Assembly: GCA_945861145.1 (NCBI GenBank)
Contig: CAMATL010000004.1
Location: forward strand, 8,264-72,263
From: a candidate division TM6 bacterium GW2011_GWF2_37_49
GTDB lineage: Bacteria; Babelota; Babeliae; Babelales; RVW-14
Direction: 5' to 3'
DNA: 64,000 bases
Of this stretch, positions 39,767 through 46,833 are shown piece after piece. The first letter of the stretch is position 1. Each line of letters starts with the position of its first letter. The notes under the pieces are model-generated. The model was not told where the DNA came from, ran no database searches, and was given only the letters and a program-made list of their open reading frames with translations. The translations under genes were made by a program, and so were the position numbers.

Positions 39767-40579
39767 ATGACAGGTAAGCGTGGATTTTTTTTTAAACGTG
39801 GACTTTTATTTGCGTTAGTATTTGGTTTTGCCTGCAGCATGGGGGACAAAAATAAAACTAATACTACAAACGAGCCGGGGTTTGCCAATCTCGCTGAAGG
39901 AGAGGGTAGCTTTCGAGCTCTTGTTTATGATGATAATAATCAATACACGCTGAAAGATTTTTCATTTTTTGGGCATACCACCGTTGGGGGTGTGCGGCGT
40001 GAAACTGATGATTCAATGACTCGTTTTGAGCTTTCAAAAATCAAAGAGCTTAAGGTTTTAAAGCCTCATTTTGATAGTAAGCGCTTTGGAGATAAAGAGT
40101 TTTTGCTTGCAGAGGTGACGGCGAGTACAGGAGCGGTGACATCTGATCTATTAGTTCCAAAGAAATTAGTAATTTGTGGAATTGATGAAAAATCTGGGTT
40201 AGAAAAATCTTGGTTTTTGCAAAAAATTGATCGTATTGTCATGCAGGGAGCAACACCTTTGGTGCTGCCCAGCATACCCTCAGTCTTGACTAATCCAAAA
40301 GCTGTTACCGCAACAACAGCTCCAACCGCACCAGCACCTTTGACGCCGGCAAGGGCAATACCGACACCTGACTCACAAGGAAAAACTAAGCATACCTTCA
40401 GGCCTGCAAAACCAAATAAATGGGACGCTTTTTATCAAAACAATCAGATGCCAAAGGGTGACACTCAAAAAGTGACGCCACCTGAAAAACGTTCTATCGG
40501 TGGAACGTTTGTGGCGATAGTCGATGCGATTATTGATTTTCTTCGCGCTATAATTAATGGTGTGTTTAAATTATTTTAA
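39767..40579 (+). CDS. hypothetical lipoprotein
   Basis: 270 aa, lipobox VFGFAC, P/T/A-rich linker, amphipathic C-terminus. Confidence 0.6.
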   Translation: MTGKRGFFFKRGLLFALVFGFACSMGDKNKTNTTNEPGFANLAEGEGSFRALVYDDNNQYTLKDFSFFGHTTVGGVRRETDDSMTRFELSKIKELKVLKPHFDSKRFGDKEFLLAEVTASTGAVTSDLLVPKKLVICGIDEKSGLEKSWFLQKIDRIVMQGATPLVLPSIPSVLTNPKAVTATTAPTAPAPLTPARAIPTPDSQGKTKHTFRPAKPNKWDAFYQNNQMPKGDTQKVTPPEKRSIGGTFVAIVDAIIDFLRAIINGVFKLF

Positions 40580-40598
40580 TAAGGTTAGAAGATAAAAA

Positions 40599-40640
40599 AG
40601 AGGCGTGGTACAACTTTGTACCACGCCTCTTCTCATATTT
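40599..40640 (+). terminator. stem-loop terminator after the lipoprotein gene
   Basis: agaggcgtggtaca (40599-40612), loop actt, tgtaccacgcctct (40617-40630), then a T-rich tail. Confidence 0.65.
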
Positions 40641-40671
40641 GTGAATTGAATAATTTCTAAAACTTACTGTT

Positions 40672-40826
40672 GGCGCGATTCGCGTCCGTATCTCTCGATA
40701 CATTTCGCTATGCACAGAAGTGCTGCGCGAAACACTCGAGACGAACTGGCAGGAGAGCCACACAATCCGTTCGCTTCGAGTGTTTTGCTCGTAGAGTAAA
40801 ATGTATCGAGAAGTGCGAACTGGATA
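40672..40826. repeat. long imperfect palindrome (about 150 nt, nested arms)
   Basis: Inner arms 40727-40746 and 40769-40788 pair at 18/20 positions. Outer arms tctcgatacattt (40693-40705) and aaatgtatcgaga (40799-40811) are perfect. Confidence 0.8.
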
Positions 40827-40854
40827 GTTTAGCCCTAAAGACTACATTGGAGGA

Positions 40855-41823
40855 TTATTGTTTGCGGCAATAAATGCCCGAAAGTATTGGCGTAATTGGT
40901 ATTATTTTGAAGATGGTCAGTCCAGCTTGCGTGATTAATGTATTAAATTGCGCAAGAGTACGTTCTTTGACGCCAAAGATGCTAAGTAAGAGCAAATCGA
41001 TTGCTGCAAGCATGCTTGGCTCTTCTGCCTTATCCAAGACTCCTTCGATAATTACCAGCTCTTATTCAGGGCCCATAGTTGCGACTACTTGATGTAAAAT
41101 CGCAAGAGCTTGTTCGTCGGTCCAATCGTGTAAGATTCTTTTAAGGATTAGCGTTTCGGCATTAATATTGAGCGGCTCAAAAAAGCTTCCACCAATGCAT
41201 TCTAGTTTTGGGGTCTCTTGAACTAACTCAACTACATTTGGCAAATCAAACAAAATTGCGGTTGATACTGCTGCTTGATTAGTGAGAATCTTTCTCAGTA
41301 GTTGTCCATTGCCGCCGGCAATATCAGCAATTTTACCATTAAAAATTAGCTGCTGTGCGATTGCCGCGTCTTCATTGCTGGATATGCTATTCATCGCTTT
41401 ATCAAACCGCTCACTGAGCACCGGATTTTTTTTGAGAGAAGTAAAATAATCATGTCCATACAACATATCAAAGGCTGGCTTGCCTGTTTTGATTCAGTAG
41501 CTGAGGTTACCAAAGCTGTTCCAGCGCGTTTCATCATCATGGACTAAAAATGGCTTTATGCTCGCTCCATGGTGCTCAAGCAAGTGATATGAATCTGTAG
41601 GTAAAGAATACGTACCATCTTGTTCACGCGTGAAAATATTTTTGAGACACAAAAAATAGAGTAATCGAGCTAAAGTCGCTGCATCTGCGCCCGTAAGCGT
41701 AGCTAATGCAGCAAGGCTTTGCGGCCCATGCTCCAAGTGTTCGGCTAAATTAAATTCAGCTGCTGTGAATAATGCTCGCGATAAAACAATGGTTTCAAGT
41801 AGGTCAAATTGATTAATACTCAT
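40855..41823 (-). pseudogene. class I O-methyltransferase (family 2, COMT/ASMT-like) inactivated by two in-frame stop codons
   Basis: Track ORFs 41494-41823, 41062-41466 and 40855-41037 share one frame. They encode the dimerisation, SAM-binding (DIAGGNGQLL) and C-terminal parts. They are separated only by a TGA at 41494-41496 and a TAA at 41062-41064. Confidence 0.8.
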
Positions 41824-41886
41824 AACTTATGATGCCTTTGTTTTTAAATTAATGTGAATGTGTGAGGTTAGCTTTTTACGTTCAAG
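41804..41886. repeat. direct repeat A, copy 1 (83 bp)
   Basis: 81/83 identical to 43909-43991. Contains the last 18 codons of a copy of the 43932-44357 gene, its stop, and the first 7 codons of the O-methyltransferase gene. Confidence 0.95.
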
Positions 41887-41890
41887 AAGG

Positions 41891-41995
41891 CACTCTTTTT
41901 TTGAAATTCAACTCAATCATACTTAGAATCGTACCTGCCCATTTTTTTTAAAATATTGGTAGCAACAACATTAAATCGATCCCTATCAAGCGCAT
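41891..41995. repeat. direct repeat B, copy 1 (105 bp)
   Basis: 101/105 identical to 43796-43900. Covers the last 27 codons, the stop codon and 22 nt downstream of the 41913-42869 gene. Confidence 0.95.
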
Positions 41996-42869
41996 GCTTT
42001 GCAACATTCTCGGCCTCATTATCACTAATCAACGCTGTTGGCACCATAGGCGGGGTATGCAGCATCAAAAAGTGCTCTACATATTTTTCATTCTGTGGCT
42101 CTAGCGCCATCGCACGCCTCAAGTGAAAGATTCCTGTAGCATCACAACCAGTTAAATTCCTAGAATATGCTTGTGTCACAAACCTGTAGGCAAGATAGTG
42201 CACTTCAGCGTCTTCTTTTTCTTGCATAAGAAACCAAGTAAAAGCGTATGCACACAAATTGCGCTCCTCGCAACCAAGATAAATCAATACCGCGTGCAAC
42301 TCTCGCTCACTTATAACACCAAGCAGTTGTTTCGCTTGGGTAAATTTCCCCGCAAGAATATGTTGCTCGAATTGCTCTCGCTCATTGCGAGAGAGAACAA
42401 TAGGATCTTCTTTACGCTCTACTGCATCTTTGAGCGCTTCCAAGGCAGATAGGTCTTGAGAATCATGCTTAAGAACTTGTTTAGCAATAAGTGCAATTTC
42501 TTCAGCCCTAATTGGGGTCTCGGGGTAACCAAAAAGAGAAAATAATCCACCGGTATTCGCTGGATCATTGTGTCGAGAAATTTCAAATATACTTCTCGCA
42601 TGATAAGCTGCCGTGCTATAGGCTCCTGCGATAAAACTAATTCCTAATTCCGTTACATTTCGAGCAAATCGATGGAAAGTAATATTACTGTTTGTTGATA
42701 ATAGAAATGCTGCAAAGGCATATGAACAAAAATTGTACTGGTCATAAGCCAGAAGAATCAAAATTTCATTTATTTCTTCCTCATTGAAATTACAAAGCTG
42801 TTCCTGTGCTGCAAAAAAATCACCACGGATAATATTTTGAATGAATTGTTTTTTGATAGTTTTTTCCAA
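41913..42869 (-). CDS. hypothetical protein, internally duplicated; candidate immunity partner of the Hint-domain protein
   Basis: 318 aa; starts 4 nt after the upstream gene stop. The two halves are related (EEEINEILILLAYDQYNFCSYAFAAFLL versus ERELHAVLIYLGCEERNLCAYAFTWFLM). No signal peptide. Confidence 0.7.
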   Translation of the reverse strand: MEKTIKKQFIQNIIRGDFFAAQEQLCNFNEEEINEILILLAYDQYNFCSYAFAAFLLSTNSNITFHRFARNVTELGISFIAGAYSTAAYHARSIFEISRHNDPANTGGLFSLFGYPETPIRAEEIALIAKQVLKHDSQDLSALEALKDAVERKEDPIVLSRNEREQFEQHILAGKFTQAKQLLGVISERELHAVLIYLGCEERNLCAYAFTWFLMQEKEDAEVHYLAYRFVTQAYSRNLTGCDATGIFHLRRAMALEPQNEKYVEHFLMLHTPPMVPTALISDNEAENVAKHALDRDRFNVVATNILKKMGRYDSKYD

Positions 42870-42873
42870 TTTC

Positions 42874-43791
42874 TTACCTCACCCAGCCATTACCAACAGT
42901 CCTTATTCCATCGAGCACAATATATGTCACATCTACTATTCGACCACCAAAGCATACCGTTGCCTGGATAACTTCTTTACTATCTTTGTAGGGCCCATGA
43001 GTACCCGCTGTCATAGCCAGAGTAATAATCTTAACAATCTCATCCCAGTTATTGTTTGGATCAGGAACAAGATCTTGCCATTTATGCTTTTCTTGTAATA
43101 TGTGTGGTCGACTTTGTTTTTCATCAAGTCGATACTTAAAGCACTTTTCCAAGTCCCCCACCGCCTGCGGATTGTTAATTGCTATCCCAGCAGTACCTAT
43201 GGCAATAGCTCCAACAGAAAAAGCTGCTTTAGCAAACGCCCATGTCTTCAAAGCAAGCAAACTATCAAATGCAAACGATACGCCTATTCCTATGGCAGGG
43301 GCAAAATTATGTGTAAGAAATTGCGACTTAGTCACAAAGAATGTATGCGGCGCCTCTGTTGAAATGTCGTAAGCAGTGTACATCTCTTCATTTGCATTAC
43401 ACCGCATCACTTCACGGCACGGTACATGGTTGCCCTTGCTATCAAGCAGATGATTTGTAACCGCAAAATCAGATGCTACAACCCACTGCTGCTCTACTGG
43501 ATCAAGAAATTGTTGATCTGGCGCAGCGGGAATAACCTCTTTTCTTGTTGTTGTGAGCACCACCGTGCTATTGCTTAACCGCCTAGAAATGGCCGTCACC
43601 CGTGATTTCACAATTGTTTGCGCCGCTATGTCAACACCAAACAACTCATCGCCGACTCGAAGATCCTCTACACGCTTTTCGCCAGCCACAGTTGCTATCA
43701 AAGTCCCTTGAATCACAGATGGATTAAGCTGACCAGTACTCAGTAAAGCGACTACTGCAAGAACCGTTATCAATCTAGAAAACATCTTCAT
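42874..43791 (-). CDS. secreted Hint (Hedgehog/intein-like) domain protein with unknown C-terminal domain; candidate polymorphic toxin
   Basis: 305 aa; signal peptide MKMFSRLITVLAVVALLST. Hint-like GTLIATVAGEKRVEDLRVGDELF ... EMYTAYDISTEAPHTFFVTKSQFLTHN. Then a hydrophobic Gly/Ala stretch and a roughly 95 aa tail with RPHILQEKHKW. Confidence 0.6.
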   Translation of the reverse strand: MKMFSRLITVLAVVALLSTGQLNPSVIQGTLIATVAGEKRVEDLRVGDELFGVDIAAQTIVKSRVTAISRRLSNSTVVLTTTRKEVIPAAPDQQFLDPVEQQWVVASDFAVTNHLLDSKGNHVPCREVMRCNANEEMYTAYDISTEAPHTFFVTKSQFLTHNFAPAIGIGVSFAFDSLLALKTWAFAKAAFSVGAIAIGTAGIAINNPQAVGDLEKCFKYRLDEKQSRPHILQEKHKWQDLVPDPNNNWDEIVKIITLAMTAGTHGPYKDSKEVIQATVCFGGRIVDVTYIVLDGIRTVGNGWVR

Positions 43792-43795
43792 ACCA

Positions 43796-43900
43796 CACTC
43801 TTTTTTAGAAATTCAACTCAATCATACTTAGAATCGCACCTGCCCATTTTTTTTAAAATATTCGTAGCAACAACATTAAATCGATCCCTATCAAGCTCAT
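43796..43900. repeat. direct repeat B, copy 2 (105 bp)
   Basis: Orphan 3' end of a 41913-42869-like gene, abutting the start of the Hint-domain gene. Confidence 0.95.
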
Positions 43901-43928
43901 GGGTAAGCTCAAATTGATTAATGCTCAT
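43818..43928 (-). pseudogene. chimeric 36-codon remnant ORF (methyltransferase start fused to partner-gene end)
   Basis: Translates to MSINQFELTHELDRDRFNVVATNILKKMGRCDSKYD. Its first 7 codons match the start of the O-methyltransferase gene. Its last 26 codons match the end of the 41913-42869 gene with one substitution. Confidence 0.8.
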
Positions 43929-43991
43929 AACTTATGATGCCTGTGTTTTTAAATTAATGTGAATGTGTGAGGTTAGCTTTTTACGTTCAAG
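43909..43991. repeat. direct repeat A, copy 2 (83 bp)
   Basis: Genuine 3' end of the 43932-44357 gene plus a copy of the methyltransferase start. Confidence 0.95.
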
Positions 43992-44357
43992 CATGATCAT
44001 TGCTATTTTGCCTGGCTTGGCGATGAGATATGTTTTGACTTGAGGCGTTGCTAAATTATCAAAACGCCAGCCGTTACGTTCAGCATCGGCATATAAAAAA
44101 TCTTCAATTTTATGTAGCGCAAGAGAGCCTTGATAGTGGCAATAAGACATTGGCGTATCTGGCTCGTATGCTACGAGGTGAAAACCAAGAGGGACGGGTA
44201 AATCGCTTAAGGTCAGGTATTCTTGCTCGCTGAGCTCTACGATATGAGCGGGGGCACGTGTTAAAGGTTTGACCTCAGGCGCCTGTTGCTTGATGCATGC
44301 GGTGGTAAAGGTGGTAACCAGAAGTATTAAGACGTAGGCAGAGTTTTTCATTACCAT
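43932..44357 (-). CDS. hypothetical lipoprotein
   Basis: 141 aa, lipobox FTTAC; no family recognised. Confidence 0.6.
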   Translation of the reverse strand: MVMKNSAYVLILLVTTFTTACIKQQAPEVKPLTRAPAHIVELSEQEYLTLSDLPVPLGFHLVAYEPDTPMSYCHYQGSLALHKIEDFLYADAERNGWRFDNLATPQVKTYLIAKPGKIAMIMLERKKLTSHIHINLKTQAS

Positions 44358-44379
44358 GACCTTTCAAGCTCTATTGAAT

Positions 44380-44612
44380 TGCTCATGTTCTTCGAGTCCT
44401 TCAATCCGCTCATACTGACGAGCTGCATAGCAGCGTCTCGAAGTACATGAGCGGTCTCAGGATGAGCAATTTTAAAACGGGTATTTTACCACTTCGCTCG
44501 TCCTGAGGAATGCCGAAGGCCTGTCTCGAAGGAAATGAGCGAAAATAAAATCAACACCGCTCGTGGTGATCCTTCGATACGATTGCTTCGCAATCACTCA
44601 GAATGAGCTGGA
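44380..44612. repeat. cluster of GC-rich palindromic and direct repeat modules
   Basis: tctcaggatgagc (44455-44467) and its near-complement gctcgtcctgagga (44496-44509). Direct repeats gcgtctcgaagtacatgagcg and ctgtctcgaaggaaatgagcg. aatcactcag is shared with 34830-34839. Confidence 0.75.
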
Positions 44613-44647
44613 TCTAATGCGAAAATTGTATTGAACCGTGACTCCAT

Positions 44648-44678
44648 AAAAAAAGGGCGGATCCAATTGGATCCGCCC
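44648..44678 (-). terminator. rho-independent terminator after rplS
   Basis: Minus strand gggcggatcc-aatt-ggatccgccc followed by T7. Confidence 0.85.
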
Positions 44679-44692
44679 TAACTTGTTCAAGC

Positions 44693-45094
44693 TTACTTAG
44701 CTTGATCTTGCATGTGAGCTTTTTGTTCTTTGGTAAGAACACGCTCTTTAATGCGAGCTGAACGGCCAGTACGAGCGCGTAAGTAATTAAGCTTAGCGCG
44801 ACGAACTTTACCTTTTCTAATAATTTTGATTTCTGAAATATTGAGTGAGTAGTAAGGGAAAATACGCTCAACACCAATGTTGTTTGCACCAATCTTACGA
44901 ACGGTGAAAGTTGAGGCGATTCCGTTATTGCTCATTGCCAATACGTCACCTTGAAATAGCTGAATACGCTCTTTTTCGCTGTCTTTAACGATTTGCGCTA
45001 CCTCGATGGTATCACCCACGCGAAATTCAGGGAAACTGCGTTTTTCAACACCATAATCAAGAATGGTCTCTTTAGTTAGCACTTGTGCTTTCAT
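44693..45094 (-). CDS. rplS: 50S ribosomal protein L19
   Basis: 133 aa, ...FRVGDTIEVAQIVKDSEKERIQLFQGDVLA... Confidence 0.95.
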   Translation of the reverse strand: MKAQVLTKETILDYGVEKRSFPEFRVGDTIEVAQIVKDSEKERIQLFQGDVLAMSNNGIASTFTVRKIGANNIGVERIFPYYSLNISEIKIIRKGKVRRAKLNYLRARTGRSARIKERVLTKEQKAHMQDQAK

Positions 45095-45247
45095 TGTGTC
45101 CTCAAGTCGCTTTAAATCTTTTATCGAGTGTTACCGCGTAGATGATCTAATCGAAATCGTTATTTTTCGATTCAATGACCGTTATTATAGCGGCATTCAG
45201 ATACCAAGGCAATATTTTTTTTCAACTACAATCGTTTTCAACTCCGA

Positions 45248-46759
45248 TCATGGTGAGTGTTTTTCGCTATGCGAAAAATGTATCGATCCATACAATTTTT
45301 CATTGAGTCCAAACCAACGGTCAAAGATGACTGCTGCTGCGGATCGGACTGATAAATGGTTGTATGAGGTCATACCATTTACCGGTAAAAGTAGGTAATC
45401 GCATCGTTCAATAATGGATGAAGAAAGGCCATGCGCTGTACCAAAAATAAAGAGTACTGGGCGGTTGTGAGCCCACACCGTTCCTTGACTGTGGTAGTCA
45501 ATTTGCGGAGTTTGAAGTTGTTGCTTTCTCGCGCAGGTGGCTATCATAAGTGGTGCTGCATTTTCGATTTGTGTGATTTTTTCAATAACTTCGTCGATTG
45601 ATGATGCAGTTTGTACGCTATGCATCGCTTGGTAGCGATTTTTATTGTATTCCTTTCCGTCGTGCGATTTCCAGAAATCAAGGAAGGTATTGACCAGTTG
45701 GGCTTGATCCTCAAGCTTGGTTACCAAGAAATACCCCTTGAGGCCAAAGGTTGCGCTTGAACGAGCGATGTCATGAATATCAAGCGAGGCAACTGAACTT
45801 GTGCCGACGGCGCCGCCTTTTAAAACAATTTCGCTATGCATGAGTACGACATAGTGATTAGGGATTATTTTTTGAGCAAGTTTAAGCTCTGCAGGCGTCG
45901 GGTTATGTTCTCTAAACCAATCAAAACGCTTGAGTAGCGTGTTTTTGCATGCTTCTTCGCGTCGCCAGTTGGCTATTGCTAGGTGATTGCCTGACTTAAC
46001 AATGTCGGGCACTGTCTGTTCCCGCCAGGTGATAGTTTGCCCGTACTGCGGGTGATCAAGCAGGGCGCCGCTAAATGATTCATGGTCGACTGATTCTTGG
46101 CTGCCAACTATTCCTGGAATGAGGCGTAAAAAAGCTTCAAGAAATACCTGCGCTGGTAGATCACCACCCATGAGCACGTAGTCACCGATAGAAATTATTT
46201 CGTCAGCAAAGGTTGCTTCTGCACGAGCATCGATGCCTTCGTAGCGTGTTGATACGATGATAAGGTGTGGTTGCTCGGAAGAGGAAGAAGTACTGGATCT
46301 CGGATCGGCGTCCGGGATGACAGAATTTGCAATTGGATGTAGTTGGGTATTATTGAGGGTGTCTTCCTCTAATTCCTTGTCATCCCGGACATTGATCCGG
46401 GATCCATCCTTGACTTGATCGGGAGATATGAGCGGAGTACCCGCAAAAATTTTTGCTTTAAGATTGTGTAAAAGTGGCTGATCGAGGCGTTTACCTTGCG
46501 GCGTGAAAAAAATATTAAACCCTTTGCCCCAGCGTTGCTCAGCTTGTGCGATTCCAGCTTCGATGAGTGCTGGTTTAATAATCATGCCACTGCCTGGGCC
46601 TGCTGTAGCCTCGTCAATGCGTTCTTTGAGTGGGCAGAGCTGCGAAAATTTAATGAGCTGTACCTCTATTAAACGTTGATCAACAGCCCGTTTAACGAGA
46701 CTTGTATTTAAGAAAGGCTCAAAAATTTCTGGAAAAACGGTGATAATTGATATTTTCAT
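45248..46759 (-). CDS. trmD: tRNA (guanine37-N1)-methyltransferase TrmD fused to a C-terminal SPOUT-like domain, carrying an in-frame palindromic-element insertion
   Basis: 503 aa. N-terminal MKISIITVFPEIFEPFL...TRYEGIDARAE...SIGDYVLMGGDLPAQVF is TrmD. The C-terminal 200 aa, ending YNHLSVRSAAAVIFDRW, resembles the TM1570/PF09936-type predicted RNA methyltransferase. Confidence 0.88.
   Translation of the reverse strand: MKISIITVFPEIFEPFLNTSLVKRAVDQRLIEVQLIKFSQLCPLKERIDEATAGPGSGMIIKPALIEAGIAQAEQRWGKGFNIFFTPQGKRLDQPLLHNLKAKIFAGTPLISPDQVKDGSRINVRDDKELEEDTLNNTQLHPIANSVIPDADPRSSTSSSSEQPHLIIVSTRYEGIDARAEATFADEIISIGDYVLMGGDLPAQVFLEAFLRLIPGIVGSQESVDHESFSGALLDHPQYGQTITWREQTVPDIVKSGNHLAIANWRREEACKNTLLKRFDWFREHNPTPAELKLAQKIIPNHYVVLMHSEIVLKGGAVGTSSVASLDIHDIARSSATFGLKGYFLVTKLEDQAQLVNTFLDFWKSHDGKEYNKNRYQAMHSVQTASSIDEVIEKITQIENAAPLMIATCARKQQLQTPQIDYHSQGTVWAHNRPVLFIFGTAHGLSSSIIERCDYLLLPVNGMTSYNHLSVRSAAAVIFDRWFGLNEKLYGSIHFSHSEKHSP
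46295..46405. repeat. 111 bp palindromic element inside the trmD reading frame
   Basis: Arms ggatctcggatcggcgtccgggatgaca (46295-46322) and tgtcatcccggacattgatccgggatcc (46378-46405), same family as 18795-18872. Length is 37 codons, translated as GSRINVRDDKELEEDTLNNTQLHPIANSVIPDADPRS. Confidence 0.85.
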
Positions 46760-46833
46760 TGTGTGTGTCTTAAAAAGAAAAAGCAGGGCGCATGCGCCCT
46801 GCTACTAAATTTTTATGCTTCTCAACGTGCTGG

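Noticed and set aside
41494-41496. The in-frame TGA in the O-methyltransferase gene as possible selenocysteine or alternative-code read-through.
   Set aside because: TGA serves as an ordinary stop elsewhere in the window (for example at the end of mnmE, 34799-34801). I recognised no SECIS-like hairpin. The same gene also carries an in-frame TAA, so pseudogenisation is the simpler reading.
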